Source: Haliotis rubra (Eukaryota). From it: a stretch of DNA of 64,000 bases. Position numbers and translations under genes: made by a program. The stretch covers positions 124,001 through 188,000 of the forward strand of contig NW_025765052.1 in assembly GCF_003918875.1 (NCBI RefSeq), read 5' to 3'. Under the pieces are notes generated by a model, which searched no databases, was not told where the DNA came from, and saw only the letters and a program-made list of their open reading frames with translations. This document shows positions 1 through 10,632 of the stretch, piece after piece; position 1 is the first letter of the stretch, and each line of letters starts with the position of its first letter.

Positions 1-129
1 CCTCTACATTTTCCTAAACGCTATGTCCCTCTGGGGCGGAAATCTTAAACAGAAGTGAATGCATAGCTTAAAGTCTGATTCATGCAAATTCATGTTATGA
101 TAACAAGCTATTTCAGAAGGGCATTGGGT

Positions 130-310
130 AGTCTGGACCAGACAATCCAGTGATCAACAGCATGAGCACCGTTCTATGCAATTGGGAACCGATGACATGC
201 GTCAACCAAGACAGCGAGCCTGAACACCCGATCCAGTTAGTCGCCTATTACGACAAACATGGGTTACTGAAGACCAGTTCTTACTGAAGAACCCGGATCT
301 TCATGGTTCC
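130..310 (-). mobile_element. SINE family A copy (partial)
   Basis: Reverse complement of the acccgtgaagatcc...cttgtcgtaagaggcgactaa...ggattgtctggtccagac family seen many times in the window. Confidence 0.85.
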
Positions 311-355
311 TACCCACCCAGCACCCATCTCCTCCAGGCTCTTGTCAATACTCAC

Positions 356-1041
356 TCCGTCCTGTGATGGTGACGCGGGTCTCCCCGTTGGTACTGCCAT
401 GGCGGGGCTCGATGTACAACACTGAAGAATCTGGAAACATAACTCTTCGTATCAGAACAGGTTATATTCACGTTATATGCAGTTCTGGTGAATAACAAGG
501 ACAACGTATACTCCTTACTTCAACAAGAACCAAAGTTTGTAACATAGTTACTTTGATGACACCCAAATATTACACATGTGAAGTGAAGAAAGGAGGCGCG
601 TTTGATACTATGTCCTGATGGCGTGTTTTGAGGGATTTCCGTTTTGACTAAAGGTCAAACCTTTCACAAAAGTCGAAATATGTTCTTCAATTTCTTTAGC
701 AAAATGAGTAAAGTGGCCGGTAAAAAATGCACTATATATGGTATGGTCAAAACTGCTAATACTGTTACCTGTAACGGCAGTTCAAAACAGCAAATTAACA
801 TAAATCGGCTGATAATATGATTACATTGAACAGGACAATAACAACTACCACTGCAACTACCACTTCTACTACTACTTCAATTACCACTACCACCACTACT
901 ACTGCTACTCCTACTACTTCTTCTAAATCTACATGTACTACTACTACTACTAGTACGACTACTACTACTACGACTACTACTACTACTTCTGCTGCTGCTA
1001 CTACTACTGCTACCACTACTACTACTTCTACTAAATCTGTA

Positions 1042-1079
<38 letters not shown>

Positions 1080-1213
1080 TTTGCACTACTACAACTACGA
1101 CTACGTGTACTACTACAACTACGTGTACTACTAATACAACTACAATGTAATTGTATTATTATTACTACTACTAATTCTACTAGTGCTACTTTTTTCACTA
1201 CTACAACTGCTTG

Positions 1214-1272
<59 letters not shown>

Positions 1273-2732
1273 GTACCAGTACTACTTTTAGTACTGCTAC
1301 TTGTACTACTACTAAGCAATAATCACGATAGTGATGATTTATTATCCAAAACTGTCTTCCAAAAGAGATATCGCTTGCATGTCTTTCAGTGAGTGAATGA
1401 GTTTAATTTTACGCCACACTCAGCAATATTCCAGCCATATGGCGGCGTTGCATGTCTTTCAACATATAATGCACGAATGTTCGACGGTAAGAGTTAGCAA
1501 CTACACAGCACGATTCGGATGTTTTAAACTTTTATCGACTCATGTTTGTACGTTTGAAAAGTATGAATGAGATAATCTGTTTAACAATTTCCATTCGGCA
1601 TTAAGGGTAAAACAGCGAGAGTAAGTACTTGATAGGATCACTGAAAAGTTGGGATGGCACCAGGAGTTTCACAAAATGGTAAAAAATGTCCTGCAGTCCA
1701 TAATGATAATAATAATATTGCACTTATACTGCTCCAAACTCCAGGCACAGAGTGCTTGCTCATGGCGCTGCAAACAAAATGAAATCACTGCAAAAAGTCA
1801 CAGGCGTATTTTTTCATGGGTGCTCACAGGATTTGTTTAGGTCGCTCTTTAAAATGTTAATGAATTCTGCCTTCTTGATGTGAAGAGGTAACAGTTCATG
1901 AAGTGGCAGCCAAGTAGGCAAAAGATCTATAGCCAATCTGACTGACTGACTGAGTTTGGTTTTACGCGGCTTTTAGCAATATTCCAGCAACATCACGGCG
2001 GGGGACACCAGAAATGGGCTTCACACATTGTACCCATGTGGGGAATCGAACCCGGGTCTTCGGCGTGACGAGCCAACGCTTTAACCATTAGGCTACCCCA
2101 CCGCCCCCTATAGCCAAACGTTTTCAGATTGTTCTTTGGTACGTCAAGTAGATGATGGTCGGCAGATCGAAGTGATCTCAATGGTACATATTTGTGAATG
2201 AGATCATTCAAATATGGAGGAGCTGACAGATGACAGCATTTGTAGACAAGTGTCAAAATGTATAATTGAACTCTTGCTTGTACAGGAAGCCAATGCAGTG
2301 ATATAAGAACTGGTGTAATGTGTGAAGACATCTTGGTCCTCGTGACTATACGTGCAGCAGTATTTGGCACACGCTGAAATCTGGCAAAGTGTTCCTGGGA
2401 GACAGTTCCGAGGAAACTGTTGCAATATCCATCCGTCAGTAACGCGTTGTGTATAAATAAGTATAATCCGTTGCTCGACGCCACACAACAGTTCTCATGC
2501 AAACAAACCAGACAATCCAGTGATGGACCACAAATCCAGTCACATGATACTAAAAATCATTTTCAATTTCGAAGTACAGTTTCTCTTTTACATATAAGAA
2601 AAGACAATATACTTTACTTTCAAGTATTTGTCAAGCAAAATGTCAAGCTTTACCTGCAGCAAACGCCGACCGGCATTGCAAGACCGCGACTACAGCTAGT
2701 AATAATGTCTCCTTCCAACGTATTTTCATCAT
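356..2732 (-). CDS. PKHD1L1: Fibrocystin-L (PKHD1L1)-like gene, first two coding exons (2732-2654, 430-356); continues beyond the left edge
   Basis: Exon 1 encodes MMKIRWKETLLLAVVAVLQCRSAFAA (signal peptide) with a phase-1 GTAAAG donor. Exon 2 has a TTTCCAG acceptor and GTGAGT donor, is 75 nt (phase 1-1) and encodes DSSVLYIEPRHGSTNGETRVTITGR. This matches the first IPT/TIG repeat start of PKHD1L1 as recalled (P-x-x-GS-x-NG-x-TR-x-TI-x-G). Another IPT-domain protein cannot be excluded from 25 aa. Confidence 0.75.
840..1315. repeat. Imperfect (ACT)n microsatellite in intron 1 of the PKHD1L1-like gene
   Basis: Long runs of actactact; it explains the poly-T/V/Y/L/S ORFs. Confidence 0.95.
1700..2520 (-). 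mobile_element. L2/CR1-group LINE 3' fragment interrupted by a SINE B
   Basis: ORF 1993-2502 contains the typical C-terminal QRVPNTAARIV...HITPVLISLHWLPV...YKC...AP.YL motif; (ATT)n tail near 1700. The SINE insertion is flanked by CTATAGCCAA at 1925-1934 and 2108-2117. Confidence 0.8.
1938..2108 (-). mobile_element. tRNA-derived SINE family B (~165 bp). Other copies ~3620-3715, 6477-6633, 14187-14357, 16261-16436, 21801-21956, 31071-31235, 32466-32615, 38165-38274, 48909-49450 (split), 53677-53815, 53870-53980, 59701-59800
   Basis: Pol III A box (TAGCCTAATGG) and B box (GGTTCGATTCC), then ...gctggaatattgctaaaagcggcgtaaaacc and an (ACTC/AGTC)n tail. TSDs are visible, e.g. CGTTTCCTCCTGGA at 14174-14187 and 14357-14370. 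Confidence 0.9.
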
Positions 2733-2764
2733 TAGTGTTTGTGGAGGTCTGTCGCCTCACCCTC

Positions 2765-2799
2765 ATATATAGCCACAGGTCACGTGACCTCTGACGTCA
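2765..2799 (-). promoter_or_regulatory. Putative core promoter of the PKHD1L1-like gene: TATA + palindromic E-box + CRE
   Basis: TATATA on the minus strand at 2771-2766, about 35-40 bp upstream of the ATG; perfect palindrome GGTCACGTGACC at 2778-2789; TGACGTCA at 2792-2799. Confidence 0.5.
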
Positions 2800-5167
2800 T
2801 CGCTGGGGTCATTGATTTCCGATAGGTGGTCCGGTGACGGATTGTCCGTCTAGATATGGAGATAGGCCTGTAATCGTCTTAATACAATCATTTAAGAATG
2901 TCCTAATTCTAAGTATGGTCAGGAAAACAAATTTGGATTATATACAGTCGTGAGTACATACAAACTGAAGCGGCAGTGCCGATGGACTTGGATTGTTCAT
3001 GTATAACTTCATGAACATCGACAACAAAAAGCCGATAACTGACATAGGTATATTCTACGTCTAGTGTAGTAAACTTGTACTTGTTCATATATATTAATAT
3101 TAATATAACTGAACACAGAGTAAATTCCATGCTCCTTATATCTTTGTGATATTTCGATACACATTTCGATATTTCGATCAAAGAAATTGTGCCCAATGTC
3201 AGATATGTTTCGCTGATACTGCAGCTTCTAAAATGTATATGATCTACACCACAGTTCCAGTGAACTAGTCAACGCGTTTCTATAACGGTAAGATGGATAT
3301 GGCAAGGTCTTATGCATGATAGTGATCTATATATAATACAATGTCAGTGAACGTTGAAACTTGAACCTCTTTTAACAATGACCTTCCAGAGAAAGTTCAC
3401 GTATTTCGACAACACATTTACAGTAGTTTGTTCGACAAATGAATGCTATCTTAAAAGCCTACTGGGTATGGGTGGGTGCTTGGCGATATGTTTTCGTGAT
3501 TTATTGTTATACACGTTTGACTTCTATAGACTGACTGACTGAGTTTTACGCCGCTTTTAGCAATATTAATATTTAGAAACCTAAATAATCTCCAAACATA
3601 TGTCGAATCTTCTAGTACAAGGTAGCCCTGTGGTTAAAGCGTTCGCTCGTCACGCCTCCGAAAACCCGGGTTCGATTCCCTACATGGGTACAATGCGTGA
3701 AGCTCATTCTGGTGTGATAGTGGTTCGGTGGATTGTTGTCTTTTAAACATGTAATGTACAGGCTTTCAGCAATTTATTTCAGCCAAGTCACCTTTTCATA
3801 AAGTTTTTAATTATTCGGTCAAATACAGTATTGTCAAATGCATGTTCTCTCACTGACTGTTTACAGTTCACAATAATGTGAGTGAGTTAATTAATGTTTT
3901 TCGTCACATGTAACAATAAATGTACACATAAATGCATATCATGATGACTATCATTATATTACAATAAACAATTTAGTAATTTTACGGAAAAGTCTGCAGA
4001 ACTTTGCTCCAAGGCTGTGCTACATTCTGAACTGTAAAGGAAGAGTACTTGTGTCCTTATGATCGGTAATCTTGATAATCCGACAATAACGCCAGTCCCT
4101 TGTGGGGCCAACTTGTATCGTGTTATTTAATATATTTTCAAGGAATTATGATTAAAACTAATAACCATTTCTGTGCAGATGTCTAATAAACGAAATAGTT
4201 ACTGACATAATCCTGGATTAATGGATAATCTCGGATAATCACAATACTGGTAATGAATACCGTTGTTCCTGTTGAGGACGCTGCTACACCAGGTACAATA
4301 CCTTAAATTGGGAGTGGTCAACACAAAACGTTCTTATTGTACCAGAACCGCGTGTATTAATACAAATATGCGTCACGCATTCATGTGTGGATTAACCTGC
4401 ATGCCTGTTGTTGTCTGAACCTGAGGTTGTTCACCACTGGCCCTGAAAATCTGGCCATATAGAGTTAGTGAGTGAGTTTGCATACTTTCGTTCATTTACA
4501 ACCTCCAAAACATGAATTTCGAGCAAAGGTGAACATCTCATGGGCGAAATATTTTAATAACGTTCTAATTTAAATTAATTGAATTCAGTTAATTTGAGTT
4601 GAATTTTGTGTTATGATAGTTATAGATACTTTCATTCATTTTTAACCACGAAAACATGACATTTGAGCAAAAGTAACCATTATCGCGAATGGGCGAGATA
4701 TTTTGTTAACGCTCTAAATTAACCGAATTAAGTTGAAATTAGTTGAATTTTGTGTCATGATACTTATAGAAATATTCTCATTCATAAACAACCCATAAAA
4801 CATGTGTTTTGAGAAAACGTAAACATTCTCGACTTGGTAGCTTAAATTTGAGTTTTCGAAAAATATGCTTTTGATTTTTTCATCCTTTGCATATATATTC
4901 CTGATAACTGCACGTTGAATTTTGTCAAATCCTTTGTCAGAAAATGGTACACATTCATGTGTGGATTAACCTGCATGTCTGTTTTATGTGTAAAGCTGTG
5001 TGAAATAGAGGCTGTTGACCTATGAAAGTATGGCCATATATAGTTAGTGAGTGAGTGAGTTAGCATATCTGTTTTTATGTGTAAAGCTGTGTGAAATAGA
5101 GGTTGCTGACCAATGAAAGTATGGCCATACATAGTTAGTGAGTGAGTTAGCATTTAACCGGTTTGAA

Positions 5168-5408
5168 ACCCGTGAAGATCCGGGTTAGATTTGATCTTCA
5201 GTAACCCATGCTTGTCGTAAGAGACGACTAGCGGGATCGAGTGGTCAGGCTCGCTGACTTGGTTGACACATGTCATCGTACCCCAATTGCGTAGATCGAT
5301 GCTCATGCTGTTGATCACTGGATTGTCTGGTCCAGACTTGATTATTCACAGACTGCCGCCATGAAGCTGGACAATTGCTGAGTACGGCGTAAATCTAGAT
5401 CCACTCAC
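5168..5408 (+). mobile_element. SINE family A full copy (~250 bp, no tRNA head). Other copies 9932-10165, 21467-21667(-), 30201-30420, 30469-30570, 32899-33058, 37286-37576(-), 43630-43870, 49540-49700, 50567-50837, 52612-52850
   Basis: Near-identical dispersed repeat beginning ACCCGTGAAGATCC and ending gctggaatattgctgagtgcggcgtaaaac(TCAC)n. Confidence 0.9.
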
Positions 5409-5476
5409 AATCGATTTGAACAGTTTTGAAGCTATATATAGGCGTGTCTGTTTAATGTGGGAGCGCGCACCTGGTG

Positions 5477-6086
5477 CAGTCTGAATAAACTTAGGCTCAG
5501 TATTATTCGTTACACTGCTTCTCCCGAGTCTAACAAAACCTAGTAGAAGGTCGCGTCAGTTAACATTTGAGCGACCTATGACCAATCAAACGCGAGACGG
5601 CCGAACGGATGTACCCAATCAGACAACGACTACTTGTTAGGGTTCGGCAGAACTTACAAAACGGTTTTTGGATTTTCTCGTCCCTGGTCGCTGACACTGA
5701 TCTATCAACAAACGAAAATCCGCATAAAACACAGATATTTGACCTGCAGTATATACGCTTAGGGGTTTCTAATGACATGGTTACTATTTGCATATATTTT
5801 CGCAATATAACATCCTTGAATATTGACAAAAACGCTATTTTCAGCGACTGTTTACTCATTACGTGTATCACTCGGAAGCGATCGTGCGGCAAATAGCATT
5901 CGAAATCGTTCGAGTTTTTGAGGTAAAGGTTCAAACGGCATGTGCGAATGTTAACTTTTGCGATTTGGTAAGCTGTGTTCTGATGGGTCAGTCCAAAGGG
6001 TTAGCTGACGCGACCTTCTACTAGGTTTTGTTAGACTCAGTATAGCAGTGTAACGAATAGTACTGATCCTAAGTTTACTTAGACTG
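5477..6086. mobile_element. MITE with ~85-bp imperfect terminal inverted repeats (TIRs) and ~9-10 bp TSD
   Basis: cagtctgaataaacttagg...gtagaaggtcgcgtcag mirrors ctgacgcgaccttctac...cctaagtttacttagactg. Flanks are GCACCTGGTG (5467-5476) and GCACCTGGTA (6087-6096). Confidence 0.75.
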
Positions 6087-6789
6087 GCACCTGGTAATGC
6101 CGGTCTCAAACATCTACCGATTTGGTTAAACCCGCAAACATGGGTATGACGATGACAACCCCCAAAATATAAACTGAACAAAACCGGATTCGGAACAACG
6201 ATCGTAGGTTATGGCGTTTTACAGGTTATAGTCCACCAATCAGATTCTGTAGTTTAACAAGCACTTCTAGCCTTCAGTGCAGCTGTGATTGGATGATTTT
6301 GTTTAAGATGTTTTTTTAAATGCACTTCCGTCCAGTAATTAAAACTGACCATTCCTTTTAATGCTTAGTTCTGCCGTTTTTAACACGATGACATATGATG
6401 AATGTGTACAGAGATATTTTAGGTGACAATTGGTGCGGAACGTGGGTTGGTGTGTTCAAACTTCCTGTACTCGGACTGAGTGAGTGAGTATGGTTTTATG
6501 TCGCTTTTAGCAATTTTCAAGCAATATCACGGCGGGGGACACCAGAAATGGCCTTCATACAATGTACCCATGTGGGGAATCGGATCTTCGGTGTGACGAC
6601 AGAACGCTTTAACCACTAGGCTACCCCACCAACCCATGACAGTGGTTCAGAGAGCAATATATATGAGTTGTAACACGAGTTGGTGTAAGTTCGGGGTCTG
6701 ACACATACAACCGATGCTTCTTCGGCGTGACGTCACCAGTACGCTACCCCGCCGTCCCGCTTCTAGGAAAAACCTGCAAAAGTATGTAT

Positions 6790-7105
6790 GTGAGGTGAAA
6801 TTGGGTTTAACGTCGTGCTGGAGAATATTTCGCTTATATGACAACGTGCATGCGTGTGTATGTGTATGTGCGGCTGCTTGTACTAGACCAGACTTAAGCT
6901 GGTTTTATAGTGCTAGCCCACTGAGATACCATGCGGCAGTGAAGCATGAATAACTGTGACACATTTTACTGACTCCGAGCCGACCGGTCCTTGTTGTACC
7001 CAAGGGACCAACAAGTAGCATATTTTAACGTCTTTTGGTATGACGCGGTAGGGGATCGAAACCGCGACCTTCCGCTCTCCCGGCGGACGCTCTAACCACT
7101 ACACC
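6790..7105 (-). mobile_element. tRNA-derived SINE family C (~350 bp, Meta/MESC-like central domain). Other copies 31245-31605(+), 33086-33345(-), 34057-34350(-), 59805-60100(+), 61216-61532(-)
   Basis: tRNA head (gtggtgtagtggttagagcg...ggttcgatccc), then gacgttaaaatatggtacttgttgg...ggcgctcagcattaa...ggactggtcggctcggagtcagtataatgtgtc, and a (TCACC)n tail. The domain name is from recall. Confidence 0.85.
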
Positions 7106-7364
7106 NNNNNNNNNNNNNNNNNNNNNNNNNNNNNNNNNNNNNNNNNNNNNNNNNNNNNNNNNNNNNNNNNNNNNNNNNNNNNNNNNNNNNNNNNNNNNNN
7201 NNNNNNNNNNNNNNNNNNNNNNNNNNNNNNNNNNNNNNNNNNNNNNNNNNNNNNNNNNNNNNNNNNNNNNNNNNNNNNNNNNNNNNNNNNNNNNNNNNNN
7301 NNNNNNNNNNNNNNNNNNNNNNNNNNNNNNNNNNNNNNNNNNNNNNNNNNNNNNNNNNNNNNNN
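7106..7364. other. Assembly gap (N run)
   Basis: Run of 259 N. Confidence 1.
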
Positions 7365-7596
7365 TTTTCAGTTATAGATTGTAAGTAAAATGTATATACA
7401 AAAGTAGATATTGCATTCATTGATCCAATTCATCTAAAATGATATTTAATTTCATCACCTTCCAAAATGTATATGCAATTCTACAACCTTCTAACATCTT
7501 TATTATCAATATCTTTATATATTTGCAAAATTCACGTCCTATGTGGAACTGAGCAGCTTAGTTCACATGTACTTGAAATATGTAATATATATTCGA

Positions 7597-7964
7597 TAGG
7601 GGTGGGTATTGCAGAGAATTTTCATATTGCGATATATTGCGATGCGAAAGCATGTATTGCGTATGTATTTTTAAACAAAAAAACTACTTATAATCGAGGT
7701 AATGCTTGATTTATAGAGCAAATACACAGCAAAATCACTATGCTTGATTAAGCTTTAATAACAACTTTTATTCATGATTAAAAATAAAAATGTGAATAAT
7801 ATTTGGCACAAATGAAAAAAGGAAATATCCGAAGATTTCCGAGTTTTACGAAGTTTTCCGAGTGCAAGTCAAAATACCGGTTTTCGATCAGCGTATCGCA
7901 ATACGTATCGTTTTCATGTCTGAACCGGTAAATACCGGTAAACCGGTTATATTGCGCAACCCTA
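7597..7964 (+). mobile_element. hAT-like MITE; a second copy lies inverted at 34484-35137
   Basis: TAGGG...CCCTA ends; 8-bp TSD ATATTCGA/ATCTTCGA. Confidence 0.75.
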
Positions 7965-9026
7965 ATCTTCGATCGCCGTTGAGATAGGCAGGTGTGGCAG
8001 TCCTCCCAGTAATGTCCAGAACTTGACCACCCGTGGTCTGGAGGGTATGACTATGGGAGGGACATATATTGTCAATGACAATTACGGTAAAGTGTGTACA
8101 ATGCTCACAAAGACCTTGTACATTCAACGTCAATGCCAACCACTGTTAATGGCGCTGTTTACTCGAGTGCTTGCGGTTCTTAAATCCGAGATGTTTCTTA
8201 ACGGTTTATCTTCGGCTACACAAACGCAGTTCGTTATGTACACCCGCTAGGTAAGTCAGAAACTTCACAACAAGTGGGTACTTATGTTTAAGGAAGACGA
8301 GGAGTTGTTAGTTTTTGACATTAGACCTCGGTTCAGCTCCACTGACATTTGGGATTGCGTTGACAGGTGGTGATAATGGATGTATTGCTCGGTAACAATC
8401 ACCACTGAACTGTATTGGACGTTAACACCCCTAGAGGGCAAACGGCGACAAAATAATGTACGCATTTATACATTCGCAGTAACGGTATGTAACAGTACAC
8501 TGACGCAAACAAAAACAAAAACAAACACACACAAACACACACACACACACACAGATTGAGAAAAATATAACCCCTATATAGCCATTAATGTCTGTAACGT
8601 AATTTTTGTTTGTATGTATGTTTATTGTGATTTCAGATCTACGTGGTCCGGCCAAAGGCGATCGTCACGTGTAATACGTGCACGTGCAAATATCAAGTTT
8701 CGAAACACTGTCCTTACAGCTCGATAACTTTGAAAATCAATATTTATTGATTTGGCAAATTTGGCGCTTCCTCAACTCACATCTGCTCAAAGATGGCAAT
8801 TTATTGCTATTTGGAATGCAGGCATGTCATTGAGAGCAACTGCAAGAAGTGTTGGTTGTCATCCATCGATTATCAGCCGATTGGGCAGAACACATCAGCC
8901 AAATAATCAGGTTATTGATCTTAGGACTTCACGTCGACCACAAGTGACAATTCTCATGGATGGTACAGCCTGTCTCAGAATCACAGGACGTCATCCGTTC
9001 ATGTCAAGTGACGTGATACAATCAGT

Positions 9027-9906
9027 ACTAAAGTACTGTTGGAAATAGAAAAAAAACTGTTTTTAGGCTGTTTCTCTGTATCCCTAAAATTTACACAATT
9101 GCAAATAGCATATGTCGAAATAACCCACATCGGCCTAGCTGGGCGTTCAGTGGGATGCGTAATAGGATATCCAGAAAAGCATGTTTACTCGTAAAATCGG
9201 GCCAAACTTAGAAAACAGCTGCTGAAAACAATGCATCACACTATAGATCTATTGGCAATTAGGTCGCTGAGCCAGGTATGACGACGGACCGTCAACTCAC
9301 TTGGCATGAAATGCACGTGCTGCCCACAGACACAAGGGGTCATCTCAAATATATTTTATGCTTTTCATGTGTATTGAATGTCTCTACTGCTTATCTAATC
9401 TTAGCTAATATCTCTATCCCCAAGCCCCACCCCAACTACCGTCAGCAACAACCGTCTTGGTTTTGCTTTTGAGACGACCCCTCCTACCCGTTTCTTTTTA
9501 TAGTGATAGTAAGACTCAATGGTATCTATATCTTTAATAGTTTCAGTATTAAAGTTGTTATTATTTACGTCTGCTATCGTTTGTTATGAAGCTAAGTCTA
9601 ATTTCAAAATGGACATTCAAAAAGTGTCATTTGTTACACAATATCATCGCACACTTATTTGCATAAAGCCATGGTCTGCTCCAAATAAGTCTCTTCGGAC
9701 TTAGAAAAAACCCCGCATTGCTCATTTCTGCACTAATCTCTCCTCAGTAAAATCCTTTTTTAACGTTTCCTATGTTCCTACCACCGAGACTGTAGTTACG
9801 CCGAACTTAGTTCCATAGATATTTCACACTTTCACATATTAACTACCTAAATTGTAGATATAAATGTGAAAAAAAAGTGTTTTTCTATTTCCGACAGTAC
9901 TTTAGT
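9027..9906. mobile_element. TIR element nested in the Tc1 relic
   Basis: actaaagtactgttggaaatagaaaaa mirrors tttttctatttccgacagtactttagt. Confidence 0.75.
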
Positions 9907-10632
9907 GCCTTCCACGTCGTCGTTTGTTCAAGACCCGTGAAGATCCATGTTAGTATTGATATTCAGTAACCTATGCTTGTCGTAAGAGGCGACTAACAGG
10001 ATCGGGTGGTCAGGCTCGTTGAGACATGTCATCGTATCCAAATTGTGTAGATCGATGCTTATCCTGTTTATCACTGGATTGTCTGGTCCAGACTTGATTA
10101 TTTACAGACCGCCGTCATATAGCTGGAATATTGCCCCGTGCGGCGTAAAACTAAACACACTCACTCGTTGGTTCAACAGAACAGTCCGAAAATCGGCTGG
10201 GTATAGAGCCAGACGACCTATCAGATGTTCGTTGTTATCTCCAGAAAACAAAGCAGCACGACTAGCTTGGTGGTAATTTCGACGTCAGTGGAATTTGAGG
10301 TCATGGGGAAAGTCGATTTCTGACAAAAGCTGACTGGTCAACGGTACATCACGGACATCCTAGACATGGTTGGTGTATCCATATGAGCACACGGCCAGCC
10401 TACGTGGACGACAATGTAAGGCCATATCGTGCATATGCCGTTGATGATTTCTTACGTCCGGAGGCGGTAGCAGCTCTACCTTGGTCCGCAAAGAGTCCAC
10501 ATGTCAATCCCATGGGGCATGTGTGGAACATACATCCTCCAGTACAAATCGTGATGTATTGGAACAAGCCCTACATATAAAATGGAGCGTAATAACGTCA
10601 ACGTCAACGTCAAGTTCAGCGTCTGATACAGT

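Noticed and set aside
795-1392. Thr-, Val-, Ser- and Leu-rich ORFs resembling a mucin or membrane peptides
   Set aside because: They are frames of an (ACT)n microsatellite in intron 1 of the PKHD1L1-like gene; no splice or codon evidence supports them.
7025-7420. 131-aa ORF
   Set aside because: An artefact of reading through the N gap.
7981-8256. Plus-strand CGSPPSNVQN peptide followed by a GTAAGT donor as a Sushi exon
   Set aside because: The remaining Sushi Cys/Trp pattern is absent and no partner exons were found; at best a decayed relic.
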